In this document: in pieces, positions 15,550-26,797 of the stretch
Position numbering within the stretch: the first letter of the stretch is position 1
Layout of the letters: the number at the start of each line of letters is the position of its first letter
IMG/VR virus record: IMGVR_UViG_3300039239_000004
Location: 1-46,490 of that record
From: a virus
Taxonomy: Duplodnaviria; Caudoviricetes
Reading direction: 5' to 3' (one strand)
Length of the DNA: 46,490 nucleotides
Position numbers and translations under genes: made by a program
Notes under the pieces: model-generated
The model's input: the letters and a program-made list of their open reading frames with translations, nothing else
Databases searched by the model: none
What the model was told of the DNA's origin: nothing

Positions 15550-16101
15550 ATGGGACGTCCTTCAAAATTAACGGATGCCCAATGGGAGGCTATTGGCAAG
15601 CGCCTGCTGGCGGGTGAATCGACGTCTTCCCTGGCCCGTGAATTCGGCGTAAGCAAGGGAGCCATTTCCACGCGGTTTTCTAAACGCACAGAAACGATTA
15701 AATCCGTTGCTAATCAACTGGTTGCGGCTGACCGGGCGATGGCCAATCTGAACGTTTCTGAACAGATAGCTGCCCGTTCACTTGCCGATGACCTGAAGGC
15801 GATATCCGAGCATCTGGCCAGCGCGGCCCGATACGGAGCCGCGACATCGCACCGCCTGCTTGGCATCGCTCACGGGAAGGTTGCCGAGATTGACGACGCC
15901 GCGCCGCTGGACGGGGGGAGCGTCGAAACGCTGAAGGGCATCGCAGCCCTGACCAGAGTGGCGAACGATTCAAGCGAGATTGCCGTGAACCTGCTGCGCG
16001 CCAACAAGGACGCAGTGGACGAGGCCAACCGGGGCCAGAACGAAGTGCCCGCGGGGTTGGAACATTTCTATGGACGCTCTGCTGTCGAGGCCGACACTTA
16101 A
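15550..16101 (+). CDS. terS: terminase small subunit
   Basis: MGRPSKLTDAQW HTH N-terminus; directly upstream of and overlapping terL. Confidence 0.75.
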   Translation: MGRPSKLTDAQWEAIGKRLLAGESTSSLAREFGVSKGAISTRFSKRTETIKSVANQLVAADRAMANLNVSEQIAARSLADDLKAISEHLASAARYGAATSHRLLGIAHGKVAEIDDAAPLDGGSVETLKGIAALTRVANDSSEIAVNLLRANKDAVDEANRGQNEVPAGLEHFYGRSAVEADT

Positions 16102-17470
16102 CCCAGCTCTGCGCGATTTCTGGCTCAAGCCGGCGCGCAATCGGGTTCTGTACGGTGGGCGTGCGTCTTCCAAGTCCTGGGATGCGGCAGGGTTCGCCAC
16201 GTTCCTGGCCAGTAACTACCGGCTACGCATCCTGTGCGTGCGGCAGTTCCAGAACAAGATCGAAGAATCGGTCTACACGCTGCTGAAGATGCAGATCGAG
16301 CGGTTTGGGCTGAATCCTCAGTTCCGGATCTTGGACAACAAGATCATCGGCCGCAAGACCCGCAGCGAATTCCTGTTTTACGGGTTGTGGCGCTCCATTG
16401 ACGAAATCAAGTCGCTGGAGAGCATCGACATCCTCTGGATTGAGGAAGCCCACAACCTGACCGAGGCGCAGTGGAAGATTCTGGAAGCGACCATCCGCAA
16501 GTCGGGGTCGCAAGTCTGGGTGATCTTCAACCCGCGCCTGGCTACGGACTTCGCCTACAAAAGGTTCGTAACGAACCCGCCGCCCAACACGGTGGTGCGC
16601 TTGATCAACTACGACGAGAACCCGTTTCTGAGCGAAACGATGCTCGCGGTGATCGAGGCGGCTAAGGCTGAAGACGAGGACGAGTACCAGCATATCTATC
16701 GCGGTGTCCCCAAGGACAACGACGACAGCGTCATCATCAAGCGTTCGTGGGTTATGGCAGCGATCGACGCGCATCTGGCGCTGGGAATCGAGCCTACTGG
16801 CCGCAAGCGCATCGGGTTCGATGTGGCGGACAGTGGCGCCGACAAGTGCGCAGCAATCTATGCCCATGGCCCCCTGGCGTCTTGGGCGGACGAATGGAAG
16901 GCGGGTGAAGACGAGCTTCTGAAGTCCTGCACGCGCGTCTATGAGGCCGCACGGGAACGTCAGGCTAGCGTCACCTACGACTCGATCGGGGTGGGCGCAG
17001 GCTCTGGTGCCAAGTTCAACGAGTTGAACGGAGCTGGGCGTGGAATCGTCCATCACTCCAAGTTCAATGCCGGCGCCGCCGTATTCCAACCCGAGGCGCA
17101 GTACATGCCCGGGACAAAGAACAAGGACATGTTCTCCAACATCAAGGCGCAGGCTTGGTGGGGCGTGGCTGACCGCCTGCGCAACACGTTCAACGCGGTG
17201 CGCAAGGGCGAAAAGTACACGCCGGACCAGATGATCTTCATCGATAGCAACATGCCGCACCTGAGCAAGCTGATTGACGAGCTTTGCACGCCAAAGCGTG
17301 ATTACGACCAGGCCGGCCGGGTGAAGGTGGAGAGCAAGAAGGACTTGGCAAAGCCGACCCGGGAGGGCGGACCCGTGCCGTCGCCCAACCTGGCGGACGG
17401 CTTCATCATGGCGTTCGCGCCGGGCCAAGCGCCCATGACTATCAACCCCGATGCCATGAGGCGCGCATGA
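16070..17470 (+). CDS. terL: terminase large subunit (PBSX type)
   Basis: Walker A YGGRASSKS, Walker B ILWIEEA, coupling motif FNP, nuclease GFDVAD and SPNLAD. Confidence 0.95.
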   Translation: MDALLSRPTLNPALRDFWLKPARNRVLYGGRASSKSWDAAGFATFLASNYRLRILCVRQFQNKIEESVYTLLKMQIERFGLNPQFRILDNKIIGRKTRSEFLFYGLWRSIDEIKSLESIDILWIEEAHNLTEAQWKILEATIRKSGSQVWVIFNPRLATDFAYKRFVTNPPPNTVVRLINYDENPFLSETMLAVIEAAKAEDEDEYQHIYRGVPKDNDDSVIIKRSWVMAAIDAHLALGIEPTGRKRIGFDVADSGADKCAAIYAHGPLASWADEWKAGEDELLKSCTRVYEAARERQASVTYDSIGVGAGSGAKFNELNGAGRGIVHHSKFNAGAAVFQPEAQYMPGTKNKDMFSNIKAQAWWGVADRLRNTFNAVRKGEKYTPDQMIFIDSNMPHLSKLIDELCTPKRDYDQAGRVKVESKKDLAKPTREGGPVPSPNLADGFIMAFAPGQAPMTINPDAMRRA

Positions 17471-18996
17471 AATTGTTCGACTGGATTCGCCGCGGGAAGC
17501 CGGAAGCGGCCCCTGCGGCTGAGCCCGTGCGCAAAGAGCCGGGCATGAATATCTCGCTCCAGGCGGTGGCCAACGCTGAGAAGGCTGCGCCCAAGGGGGA
17601 ATTCAAGCGCCCCACAGTGATGCCCGGTGTCATTCCGCCCGATCGCGAGCCGGCAATGCTGGCCATGGATTCGGCCATGGCGCCAACCTACGCCTACGTC
17701 AGCGAGGCGTATGCGGGGATGGGCTTCATCGGGTATCCGTACCTGGCTGAGCTGTCCCAGCGGCCCGAGTACCGCAAGATGTCCGACGTAATCGCCAAGG
17801 AGATGACCCGCAAGTGGATCAAGCTGGAAACGTCGGGCGACGACGACAAGACGGAGAAGCTGCAGCTGCTGGACAAGGCCATGCGCCGGTTCAAGCTGCG
17901 AGCACGCTTCCGCTTGGCGGCACTGCAAGACGGGCTGTATGGCCGGTCGCAGATCTACATCGACGTGAAGACGCCCAAGGGAGCGCCTGCGTGGTCTGAC
18001 CCTGAGGAGCTGAAATCCATCCTGGTTCGAGCGCCGGCCAAGATCACCAAAGGTAGTCTCATCGGCTTCAAGGTAATCGACCCAGTTTGGACCACGCCCT
18101 ACCTGTACAACAGTGAGAACCCCATGCGGGCGGACTTCTACAAGCCCACGTCCTGGTTCGTGCTGGGGCGGGACGTCCATTCCAGCCGGCTGCTGAACAT
18201 TGTGTCGCGCGACGTGCCGGATCTACTGAAACCGTCGTACAACTTCGGCGGCCTGTCGATGACCCAGTTGGCAATTCCCTACGTCAACAACTGGCTGAAG
18301 ACGCGCGAGAGCATCGCCAACCTGATCGACGGGTTCTCGGTGGGCGTGCTGAAGACGAACATGGCGTCCATCCTATCGGGTGGCTGTGGAGACGACGTTT
18401 GGCACCGCCTGGCGCTGTTCAACAAGACGCGCACCAACCGCGGCTCGTGGGCTATCGACAAAGAAACCGAGGAATTCGGCTTTGAGAACGTCCCCCTGTC
18501 GGGCCTGGATGCGCTGCAGGGCCAGTCTCAGGAGCAGATGTCATCGGTATCCAGCATCCCGCTGGTCAAGCTGCTTGGCATCACGCCGAGCGGTCTGAAC
18601 GCCAGCAGCGATGGCGAGATCCGCGTCTTCTATGACGACATCTTGTCCGTGCAGGAAAGCGTGTTCCGAGATCCGATCCAGGCGTGCCTGGAGGTGATCC
18701 AGCTGTCCGAGTTTGGCGAGATTGACCCAGACATCACCTTTTCGTTCGTGCCGCTGTGGCAGTTGAGCGAGAAGGAGCAGGCCGAGGTGCGGAAGATGGA
18801 TGCCGACACGGATGCAGTATTGATCGGCGCCGCTGTCATCAGCCCGGACGATGCGCGCGAACGAGTGGCTGCGGACCAGACGAATGGCTACCACTCGCTG
18901 GAAACCAACCCTGACCCGGAAGACGGGATAGACGACGAGGACGAGCCGGAGGAAGGCGAAGAACGCGCCGACTTCAGCACCCAAGCCTATGCCTGA
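17467..18996 (+). CDS. portal protein (DUF1073 type)
   Basis: Follows terL; GFIGYPYLAELSQRPEYR, LSGLD and IPLVKLLGITPSGLNASSDGEIRVFYD. Confidence 0.9.
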   Translation: MKLFDWIRRGKPEAAPAAEPVRKEPGMNISLQAVANAEKAAPKGEFKRPTVMPGVIPPDREPAMLAMDSAMAPTYAYVSEAYAGMGFIGYPYLAELSQRPEYRKMSDVIAKEMTRKWIKLETSGDDDKTEKLQLLDKAMRRFKLRARFRLAALQDGLYGRSQIYIDVKTPKGAPAWSDPEELKSILVRAPAKITKGSLIGFKVIDPVWTTPYLYNSENPMRADFYKPTSWFVLGRDVHSSRLLNIVSRDVPDLLKPSYNFGGLSMTQLAIPYVNNWLKTRESIANLIDGFSVGVLKTNMASILSGGCGDDVWHRLALFNKTRTNRGSWAIDKETEEFGFENVPLSGLDALQGQSQEQMSSVSSIPLVKLLGITPSGLNASSDGEIRVFYDDILSVQESVFRDPIQACLEVIQLSEFGEIDPDITFSFVPLWQLSEKEQAEVRKMDADTDAVLIGAAVISPDDARERVAADQTNGYHSLETNPDPEDGIDDEDEPEEGEERADFSTQAYA

Positions 18997-19792
18997 CCTT
19001 GTCTCCCCCACCGGCCGCGACATCCTGGTGCCGGCCACGCATGCCAATCGCGGTGTGCAGGCGGCATACAGGAAGCGGCTGGACCGGCTCGTCGATGAGA
19101 TGCAACGGTCGATCGTGTACTGGATCAAGGCGACCTACCGGGCGAACACCCCGGAGCTGGCCCAGGACGAAAGCCCGGCTGCCGCGCTCAGCAAGATGAT
19201 GCGCACCCTGGCCCGCCAGTGGCAGCGCAAGTTTGACCAGGCATCGCGCCCGGTGGCTACGCGGTTCGCTGACGAGTCGATGAGCGCGGCTGACGTGTCT
19301 CTGCGTGACGCACTGCGCCAGAAAGGCTTCAGCGTGCAGTTCGGCATGACCCGGGCGGCCAATGACGTCTTCCAGGCCACCGTGCAGGAGAACGTTGGGC
19401 TGATCAAGTCCATAGCTTCTGAGCATCTTCAGGAGGTCCAAGGGCTGGTCATGCGGTCGGTGACGCAAGGGCGAGACCTGAGCGACCTGTCCAAGGATCT
19501 GGAGAAGCGCTACGCCGTAACCAAGCGACGCGCGGCGCTCATCGCCAGAGACCAGAACAACAAGGCAACCGCGACCATCACGCGGGTGCGCCAGCAGGGC
19601 CTGGGCATCAAGCAGGCCAAGTGGATGCACTCGCGTGGTGGGAAGAAGCCACGCCAGTCGCACGTTGAGGCCAACGGCCAGCTCTACGACGTGGACAAGG
19701 GCATGTATATCGACGGCGCCTGGATCAGGCCTGGCGAGCTGATCAATTGCCGTTGTGTGGCGCAGAGCGTTATCCCGGGATTCGAGGAATGA
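18989..19792 (+). CDS. minor head morphogenesis protein (Mu gpF/SPP1 gp7 family)
   Basis: RAALIARDQNNK...W...PRQSH...PGELINCRC. Confidence 0.9.
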   Translation: MPDLVSPTGRDILVPATHANRGVQAAYRKRLDRLVDEMQRSIVYWIKATYRANTPELAQDESPAAALSKMMRTLARQWQRKFDQASRPVATRFADESMSAADVSLRDALRQKGFSVQFGMTRAANDVFQATVQENVGLIKSIASEHLQEVQGLVMRSVTQGRDLSDLSKDLEKRYAVTKRRAALIARDQNNKATATITRVRQQGLGIKQAKWMHSRGGKKPRQSHVEANGQLYDVDKGMYIDGAWIRPGELINCRCVAQSVIPGFEE

Positions 19793-21156
19793 ACAAGAAC
19801 AACCCTGACGGCCTGGCCTTCGATCGCGCCAGTGTTAGAACGATTGACGCGTACGGCCGGATGCACGTGGAAATCACGAACATCAGCAAGGCGGCTGTCA
19901 ATCCGTACCGTGGGTCGGAAATTCCCGATTGGGAACGATTGGGCCTTGACCCTGACCGCATCTATTTCCTGCTGCGCGATCCGGAAGAATTGGCTCGCGC
20001 TGCGCCGACTTTCAACAACATCCAGCTGCTTTATATCCACACCCCTGTATCGGCAAGCGAGCCGCAAAAGGAGGTGGTGGTTGGATCTACTGGGACGGAT
20101 GCCGTATTCGAGGCTCCGTACCTAAAGAATTCTCTCGCCGTATGGGACGCGGTAGCAATCGCAGGCGTGGACTCGCGCGAGCAGCACGAGCTCTCTAGCG
20201 CTTATGGCTACCGGGCAGACATGACCGCTGGCGTGTACCAAGGCGTGCCATACGACGGGGTGATGCGAGACATCCGCGGCAACCATGTCGCGCTTGTCGA
20301 AGTAGGCCGGGCTGGCCCGGACGTCGTCGTAGGCGACAGCAATACCCTCAAACCTTCGGAGAACCCGAAAATGAAATTTAGCAAAACTGCTATCGCGGTC
20401 GCCGCGGGCCTGCGGGTGTATCTTCGCCCCAAGCTGGCCCAAGACGCCGCCCTGGGCGACCTCGGCCCCCTCGTGAAGGGGCTGACCGCCAAGAACTTCG
20501 CCAGTGAGCGGCCCCGCCTTGTGCGCGCCGTGGAAGGCCGTTTCAAGGGCAAGCTCGCCCAGGATGCGGACCTGGCCGATCTGGTGGAAGTGATCGACGC
20601 CTTTTCCGATCCGGCTGACCCGGTGGTGGCCGGCGACGAGGAAGACCCCGAGATCCCGCCTGTGGCAGAGGACGACGACCTGATGGCCAAGATGCGCGAC
20701 ATGATCAGCGCCAAGCTGGGCGCCGAAGAAGCCGAACGCATCATGCAGGCGATCGGCGAACCTTCTGGCGCCGAAGACAGCCCCCCGGCGTTCGCCGGCA
20801 AGCCGGATGAGCCGGTCAGCAAGCCCGCGATGGACGCTGCCCTGGCCAAGGCCACCAAGGAAGGCGAAAACGCCGCTGTGGCCCGCATGACTGCCATCCG
20901 CACCGCTGAACAGGAATGCCGCCCGATCATCGGCGACATCATCGCGCAGGATTCCGCCGAGGCCGTCTACAAGATGGCCCTGGACGCCAAGGGTATTGAC
21001 CTGACCGACACGCCGCCCTCGGCGTACCGCGCGCTGGTCAAGTTGGCCCTGACGCAAGATCAAACCCCGAAAACCCCGCGTCTCGCGCAGGATTCAGCAG
21101 CCCACAAGGGCTTCTCGGATCGCTACCCGACCGCCTCCCACGTCAAGGTGCTGTGA
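19789..21156 (+). CDS. DUF2213 prohead protease/scaffold
   Basis: ELSSAY...NHVALVEVGRAGPDVVVGD; acidic C-terminal half with repeated AQD/MD motifs; possible internal start at 20371 (MKFSK). Confidence 0.88.
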   Translation: MNKNNPDGLAFDRASVRTIDAYGRMHVEITNISKAAVNPYRGSEIPDWERLGLDPDRIYFLLRDPEELARAAPTFNNIQLLYIHTPVSASEPQKEVVVGSTGTDAVFEAPYLKNSLAVWDAVAIAGVDSREQHELSSAYGYRADMTAGVYQGVPYDGVMRDIRGNHVALVEVGRAGPDVVVGDSNTLKPSENPKMKFSKTAIAVAAGLRVYLRPKLAQDAALGDLGPLVKGLTAKNFASERPRLVRAVEGRFKGKLAQDADLADLVEVIDAFSDPADPVVAGDEEDPEIPPVAEDDDLMAKMRDMISAKLGAEEAERIMQAIGEPSGAEDSPPAFAGKPDEPVSKPAMDAALAKATKEGENAAVARMTAIRTAEQECRPIIGDIIAQDSAEAVYKMALDAKGIDLTDTPPSAYRALVKLALTQDQTPKTPRLAQDSAAHKGFSDRYPTASHVKVL

Positions 21157-21158
21157 TC

Positions 21159-21644
21159 ATGGGCTTCCAAAAGCAGATCTACATCGAGCCGGCCGCCGCG
21201 GTTGCCGGCGATTTCGCCAGCTCCAACCCCCGTTCGGTCGTTCTGGCCGGCCCGGGTCAACTGGTTGCGGGCGCTACCGGCGTCACCGTTGGCCGCTTCG
21301 CCTGGGCGGATGCCGCTGGCCTGGTGACCAACGCCGGGGCGAACAAGCCCACGGGCTTCGTGCACCGCGAGCAGCAAGGCGTCATCACCATCTGGCTGGC
21401 CGAGTCCACCATGCTGGTGCCGACGGGCCTGCCGGTCGTCCTGCACAACCTGGGCGACTTCTGGGCCGCGACGAAGACCACGGCCACCGTCGGTCAGAAG
21501 GTGTTCGCCTCCAACACGGACGGCACCATCTCCACGGGCGCGGCCGGTGCCACCATCGCGGGCAGCACGGAAACCGACTGGTTTGTCGCCAGCGCGGGCG
21601 CCGTGGGTGCTCTGATCAAAATCACCTCCACTCAACTGGGGTAA
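21159..21644 (+). CDS. capsid decoration/cement protein
   Basis: Between protease and MCP; PAAAVAGDFASSNPR...GVTVGRFAW...GFVHREQQG. Confidence 0.75.
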   Translation: MGFQKQIYIEPAAAVAGDFASSNPRSVVLAGPGQLVAGATGVTVGRFAWADAAGLVTNAGANKPTGFVHREQQGVITIWLAESTMLVPTGLPVVLHNLGDFWAATKTTATVGQKVFASNTDGTISTGAAGATIAGSTETDWFVASAGAVGALIKITSTQLG

Positions 21645-21650
21645 GCAAAC

Positions 21651-22682
21651 ATGCGACACGCAGACCTTCAAATGCTGGAGCGCGTCTTCGGCATCCACTT
21701 CCCCGGTGCGCAGGACTACCTGCCCGAGGAATACCGCCGCGACTTCGCTCTGGCCATGGACGCCGCCGGCCCGCTGGTCACGTCCAGCAACACCGGCATC
21801 CCCGGCTACCTGACCAACTGGGTCGACCCCCAACTGACCCGCGTCCTGACCACGCGTATGCAGGGCGCTGTCATCCTGGGCGAAGGCAAGAAGGGCGACT
21901 GGACCACGCTGACCGCCACCTTCCCGGTGGTGGAATCGACCGGCGAAGTCAGCTCCTACGGCGACTACAGCGAAAACGGCCGCGCGGGCGCTAACACGAA
22001 CTTCCCGCAACGCCAGTCGTACCACTACCAGACCATGACGGAATGGGGTGAACGCGAGCTGGAAATGGCTGGCCTGGCGAAGATCAACTGGGCGTCTGAG
22101 CTGAACATCGCCTCGGCCCTGGTGCTGAACAAGTTCCAGGACAACAGCTATTTCTTCGGCATCGCTGGCTTGCAGAACTACGGCCTGCTGAACGACCCGA
22201 ACCTGTCGGCACCGATCGCCCCGGGAGCCACGGGTACAGGCTCCGGCACGCTGTGGTCGACCAAAGACGGTCAACAGATCTACGACGACATCTCGCAGCG
22301 TCTGTACAACCAGCTCGTGCAGCAGACCCGCGGCCGCGTCACCCGTCGCGACAAGATGAAGCTGTGCATGTCGCCGGAAATCGAAGTCAACCTGACGAAG
22401 ACCAACCAGTACAACGTCAACGTGACGGACCTGCTGGCCAAGAACTTCCCGGGCATGACCATCGAGACGGCCGTCCAGTACAACACCGGCAGCGGCCAAC
22501 TGGTTCAACTGATCGTTGATTCGATCGAAGGCCAGGAAGTTGCCACCGCGGCGTTCACCGAGAAGATGCGCGCGCACCCGATCATCCAAGCGACTTCGAG
22601 CTTCAAGCAGAAAAAGTCGCAAGGCACCTGGGGCGCCATCATCAAGATGCCGCTGGGCATCGCCGGCATGATCGGCGTCTAA
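21651..22682 (+). CDS. major capsid protein (DUF2184 type)
   Basis: 343 aa; KKGDWTT...SSYGDYS...[18 protein letters not shown]; strong codon bias; followed by a terminator. Confidence 0.88.
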   Translation: MRHADLQMLERVFGIHFPGAQDYLPEEYRRDFALAMDAAGPLVTSSNTGIPGYLTNWVDPQLTRVLTTRMQGAVILGEGKKGDWTTLTATFPVVESTGEVSSYGDYSENGRAGANTNFPQRQSYHYQTMTEWGERELEMAGLAKINWASELNIASALVLNKFQDNSYFFGIAGLQNYGLLNDPNLSAPIAPGATGTGSGTLWSTKDGQQIYDDISQRLYNQLVQQTRGRVTRRDKMKLCMSPEIEVNLTKTNQYNVNVTDLLAKNFPGMTIETAVQYNTGSGQLVQLIVDSIEGQEVATAAFTEKMRAHPIIQATSSFKQKKSQGTWGAIIKMPLGIAGMIGV

Positions 22683-22703
22683 AGCCACAACCGCAGTACC
22701 AAG

Positions 22704-22731
22704 AGGCCCGCCACATTCGGCGGGCCTTTTT
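22704..22731 (+). terminator. terminator after MCP
   Basis: AGGCCCGCC-ACATTC-GGCGGGCCT-TTTT. Confidence 0.85.
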
Positions 22732-22752
22732 CATTCCTAGAGGAAATACGAC

Positions 22753-23088
22753 ATGTCGACCGTAACCGTCGCTTGCAAGCTGCCCAATGGTCTCGTGCTG
22801 GATCTGGCCGGCGTGGATCAGAAGTTCGTCCTGAACGGCGCCCATCACGATGAGGCGATTGCCGGCCACGGCATGACCGAGGTGGATGAGGACTTCTGGA
22901 CGAAGTGGGCAGCCCTGCACAAAGACTTCGAGCCGGTGAAGCGTGGTTTCGTCTTTGCTGCGAAGGGCGAGCGTAACGCCGCCGCCCAAGCCAAGGAAAA
23001 GAAGGCGAACGTGACCGGCCTGGAAGGCCTGGATCCGAAGAAGCCGGCGCCCGGCATCGAAGCCGAGAACTACGAAGGCAAGAAATAA
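22753..23088 (+). CDS. virion morphogenesis hypothetical protein
   Basis: GAGG SD; TVTVACKLPNGLVL motif; position after MCP. Confidence 0.75.
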   Translation: MSTVTVACKLPNGLVLDLAGVDQKFVLNGAHHDEAIAGHGMTEVDEDFWTKWAALHKDFEPVKRGFVFAAKGERNAAAQAKEKKANVTGLEGLDPKKPAPGIEAENYEGKK

Positions 23089-23091
23089 GCC

Positions 23092-23523
23092 ATGGGCATC
23101 GTCACGTTCGATCCTGCCGAGTTCAAGGAACTGTACCCGTCCTTCGAGTCCTTGACGGACGCGCAGCTGAATCAGTCTTTCGGGCTGGCCACGCTGTATC
23201 TGGACAACACGGAGTGCAGCAAGGTTTCGGACGTGGCGCAGCGCAAGATCCTGCTGTACCTGCTCACTGCTCACATCGCCAAGATGGCGTATGGCGAGTA
23301 CGGGCAGAAGCCGAGCGGCCTGGTCGGCCGGATTGGCAGCGCGACAGAGGGATCGGTTGCCGTGTCCGCCGAGTACAACGCGCCGGCCGGTTCCGCCCAG
23401 TGGTACTTGCAGACGCCGTATGGCGCCTCGTACTGGGAGGCCACGGCGCGCTATCGGGTCGGCCGGTATGTGCCTGGTCCGAATGGCTACGCCGTGCCGG
23501 TGGTGATCCCATGGCGGCCCTGA
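23092..23523 (+). CDS. head-tail adaptor (DUF4054 type)
   Basis: FDPAEFKELYPSF...LLYLLTAHIA...SATEGSVAVS...WYLQTPYG. Confidence 0.85.
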   Translation: MGIVTFDPAEFKELYPSFESLTDAQLNQSFGLATLYLDNTECSKVSDVAQRKILLYLLTAHIAKMAYGEYGQKPSGLVGRIGSATEGSVAVSAEYNAPAGSAQWYLQTPYGASYWEATARYRVGRYVPGPNGYAVPVVIPWRP

Positions 23524-23963
23524 ACTTCAAGGGCGGTGACGCCCTGATGGCGCGCCTCAAGGAGATCGCCGACAAAGCCGGCCAGGGTGGAACGTTGCGG
23601 GTTGGCTTCCTGGAGAACGCCAAATATCCGGACGGTACGCCTGTGGCGATGATCGCTGCGATCAACGAGTTTGGCCGTCCTGACCACAACCAGCCGCCGC
23701 GGCCCTTCTTCCGTCGAATGATCGAAGAGAAGCAAAAGGGTTGGGGCAAGTCGCTGGGGAATCTTGCGGTTGCCAACGAGTACGACATCGACAAATCCCT
23801 GGGCCAGATGGGCGAAGGGATGAAAGGCCAACTGCAAGCGTCCATCCAGAAGTTCGACAGCCCGCCGCTCTCGCCCAATACGGTGGCGGCCAAGGGCTTC
23901 GCCAAGCCGCTGGTGGACACCGGCCACATGATGAACAGCGTGGATTACGAGGTCGACACATGA
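23511..23963 (+). CDS. neck/tail-completion protein
   Basis: IAAINEFG...PPRPFFR...PPLSPNTVAAKGFAKPLVDTG. Confidence 0.8.
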   Translation: MAALNFKGGDALMARLKEIADKAGQGGTLRVGFLENAKYPDGTPVAMIAAINEFGRPDHNQPPRPFFRRMIEEKQKGWGKSLGNLAVANEYDIDKSLGQMGEGMKGQLQASIQKFDSPPLSPNTVAAKGFAKPLVDTGHMMNSVDYEVDT

Positions 23964-24337
23964 ATTTGCATGGCATCGTAAGCCCGATCATCGCCGCGGT
24001 GAACCCGATGATTGCCGGCAAGGTCCGGTACAGCGACGGGTACGAGATGGGGCCAGGCCGCAAGCAGGTTCCCAAGTATTTGCTGCCGGCTGACGTCACC
24101 CTCCAGGTCCAGCCGCTAAGTACGGGCGACCTGAAGCACCTTGAGGCCCAGAACATCCAGGGCGTGCAACGCGCGGTCTACATGTTCGGGGATACGCAGG
24201 GCGTCGTGCGGCCTCTGGCCAAGGGTGGCGATTTGCTGGACTTTGGTGGGCAGACCTGGCTAGTCACGGCGGTCCTTGAGACTTGGCCGGACTGGTGCAA
24301 GGTCGGCGTCACGCTGCAACTGGACCAGACGCCATGA
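23960..24337 (+). CDS. head-closure/collar protein
   Basis: ATG 23960 (MNLHGIV) overlaps the upstream stop; KGGDLL...WLVTAVLETWPDW. Confidence 0.7.
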   Translation: MNLHGIVSPIIAAVNPMIAGKVRYSDGYEMGPGRKQVPKYLLPADVTLQVQPLSTGDLKHLEAQNIQGVQRAVYMFGDTQGVVRPLAKGGDLLDFGGQTWLVTAVLETWPDWCKVGVTLQLDQTP

Positions 24338-24870
24338 GCGCGCAGATCAGCATTACCGAAGACGACCTGGTCGATGACCTGGGAGCGTTCGCTGACACGT
24401 TGGTGGAATGCGAGGTCGTGCGCGGCCAGGCGAACCGTGTTCCGACGCCCAAGGGAACCGAGTACGTGATCGTCACCCCCATGGGCGTGATTGGCCTGTC
24501 GACGCCGCGCACCGACTACGACGACCCGACGCCCGCCACAGGTACGCGGGCTTTCACACGCCCGACTCAGTGGCGGGCGCAAGTCGACTGCTACGGCGAG
24601 AAGGCGCAAGACCGCGCGTTGGTGCTGTCGATCGCCCTGCGCAGCCAGTACGGATGCGAATTCTTAGCAGAACTCGGGCGCGCGCAGCCGCTGGATTGCA
24701 GCGATCCGCATCAGCTGCCGTTTGTTACCGGCGAGAACCAATACTCAGAGCGGTGGTCGTTCGACGCCGTTCTGCAATTCAACCCAACTGTGACGCTTCC
24801 GCAGCAGTTTGCGGATCAACTCCACGTCGACCTGATCGAAGTCGACACGACTTTCCCTCCAGGAGCCTAA
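24334..24870 (+). CDS. tail terminator/neck protein
   Basis: [12 protein letters not shown]...QVDCYG; immediately before the sheath. Confidence 0.7.
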   Translation: MSAQISITEDDLVDDLGAFADTLVECEVVRGQANRVPTPKGTEYVIVTPMGVIGLSTPRTDYDDPTPATGTRAFTRPTQWRAQVDCYGEKAQDRALVLSIALRSQYGCEFLAELGRAQPLDCSDPHQLPFVTGENQYSERWSFDAVLQFNPTVTLPQQFADQLHVDLIEVDTTFPPGA

Positions 24871-24874
24871 AGCT

Positions 24875-26353
24875 ATGTCCATTCCCGCCAGTGAAATCGT
24901 CCAGGTAGTACCTGGCGTGATCGGCGCCGGCGGATCGGCGCTCGACCTGAACGGCCTGATCCTGACCGCCAATACCTCCGTGCCCGTGGGCGCGGTTCAA
25001 AGCTTCGCCACCCCTGACGACGTTTCGCGCTTCTTCGGCCCGACGTCGCCCGAGGCTGCAGTGGCCGCATCCTATTTCCTGGGGTTTGACAACTCCACGA
25101 AGAAGCCCGGCAACCTGTTGTTCGCCCAGTACCCCAGCGCGCCTGTTTCCGCGTACCTGCGGGGTGGCTCGCTGGCGTCCATGACGCTGACCGAGCTGAA
25201 AGCGCTGGCGGGTATCCTGACCGTGTCGATCGATGGCACGGCCAAGACGTCCAGCGCTATCACCCTGACCGCGGCGACAAGCTTTTCGAACGCGGCGACG
25301 ATCATCCAGGCGGCTTTCACGTCCCTGGGCGGCACGGTCACGTATGACGCGCAACTGGCAGCGTTCAAGTTCACGTCGTCCACATCGGGCGCCACGTCTA
25401 CCATCAGCTTTGCCTCTGGCACGCTGTCGGCCGGCCTGAAGCTGACGCAGGCGACCGGCGCAGTGACGTCGCAAGGCGCGATTGCCGGTGTGCCGGCCAC
25501 GAACATGACAGCCATCATCGGCGTCACGCAGAACTGGGCATCGTTCATGACCATGTGGGAGCCGGTGACGGCTGACAAGGTCGCGTTCTCGGCATGGACG
25601 AACAGCCGCGGCAATCGCTTCGCCTACGTGGGCTGGGATACGGACGTGCAGGCTACGACCCAAGGCAGCACCACGAGCTGGGCGGCTGTCGTGGCCGCCA
25701 ACGAGTATTCCGGTTCGATCCCAGTCTACAAGGACATCCTGCACGCCGCTTTCATCCTGGGTGCGATTGCCAGTATCGACTTCGAGCGCACGAACGGCCG
25801 CATCACCCTGGCTTTCAAGAGCCAGTCCGGCCTTCAGTTCACGGTGACCGATGCGACGACCGCCCAGACGCTGATCACCAACGGCTACAACTTCTATGGC
25901 GACTACGCCACGGCCAATGACCAGTTCCGGTTCCTGTATCCGGGGCAGATCAGCGGCGACTGGAAGTGGATCGACACGTATGTGAACCAGATCTGGCTGA
26001 ACGCGGCGCTGCAACAGGCCATGATGACCTTGCTGACGCAGGTGAACTCGGTCCCGTACAACGCCGACGGTTACGCCCTGATTGACGCATCGTGCATGGA
26101 CCCGGTCAATGCTGCAGTGAACTTCGGCGCCATCCGCTCCGGTGTTCCCTTGTCTGCATTGCAAAAGGCCCAGGTCAACAATCAGGCCGGCGTCCAAATC
26201 TCCGGCACGCTCGAAACGCGCGGCTGGTATCTCCAAATCCTGCCGGCGACGGCCCAAGTGCGCGCCGCGCGCGGTACGCCGCCCATGACCTTCTGGTACA
26301 TGGATGGCGGATCCGTCCAGAAGCTCACCCTCGCATCCCTGGCCATTCTGTAA
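24875..26353 (+). CDS. contractile tail sheath (DUF3383 type)
   Basis: 492 aa; [15 protein letters not shown]...LAFKSQSGL...NGYNFYG...[11 protein letters not shown]. Confidence 0.88.
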   Translation: MSIPASEIVQVVPGVIGAGGSALDLNGLILTANTSVPVGAVQSFATPDDVSRFFGPTSPEAAVAASYFLGFDNSTKKPGNLLFAQYPSAPVSAYLRGGSLASMTLTELKALAGILTVSIDGTAKTSSAITLTAATSFSNAATIIQAAFTSLGGTVTYDAQLAAFKFTSSTSGATSTISFASGTLSAGLKLTQATGAVTSQGAIAGVPATNMTAIIGVTQNWASFMTMWEPVTADKVAFSAWTNSRGNRFAYVGWDTDVQATTQGSTTSWAAVVAANEYSGSIPVYKDILHAAFILGAIASIDFERTNGRITLAFKSQSGLQFTVTDATTAQTLITNGYNFYGDYATANDQFRFLYPGQISGDWKWIDTYVNQIWLNAALQQAMMTLLTQVNSVPYNADGYALIDASCMDPVNAAVNFGAIRSGVPLSALQKAQVNNQAGVQISGTLETRGWYLQILPATAQVRAARGTPPMTFWYMDGGSVQKLTLASLAIL

Positions 26354-26364
26354 GGGCAACCGAC

Positions 26365-26796
26365 ATGTCCACTCTTACCAGTGCAAATTCCGTCCTGTAT
26401 CTGGGCATCGCCGGTATCTTCCCGGTCCCCCAGAAGATCGAGGGCTACGCAACCGACGACGCTTTTGCGTTCGAAGCTGTGCAACCCGCCCAGGCCGTAA
26501 TGGGTGTGGATGGCCGCATGTCGGCCGGCTACACCCCCTTCATGAGCATCCAGACGATCACCATCCAGGCGGATTCGCCTTCGATGATCGTCTTCGAGGC
26601 CTACATGGCGGCGATGAAGACGGCCCGCGAGGTCTTCTACTGCAATGGCACGCTGAACATCCCGTCGATCAGCCGCAAGTTCGTGTTGACGCGCGGCGTG
26701 CTCACGCAGATCCCGTCGGCGCCGACTGCCCGAACTATCCTGCAACCGATGTCGTTCCAGATCACCTGGGAAGACGTCTCTCCGGCACTGGTCTGA
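26365..26796 (+). CDS. tail tube protein
   Basis: Follows the sheath; TLTSANS...MGVDGRMSAG...ITIQADSPS. Confidence 0.8.
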   Translation: MSTLTSANSVLYLGIAGIFPVPQKIEGYATDDAFAFEAVQPAQAVMGVDGRMSAGYTPFMSIQTITIQADSPSMIVFEAYMAAMKTAREVFYCNGTLNIPSISRKFVLTRGVLTQIPSAPTARTILQPMSFQITWEDVSPALV

Positions 26797-26797
26797 T

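Noticed and set aside
16223-26359. Long minus-strand ORFs (for example 16223..17428, 21123..22688, 24779..26359)
   Set aside because: They are antisense shadows of high-GC3 structural genes, with no SD or recognisable motifs.
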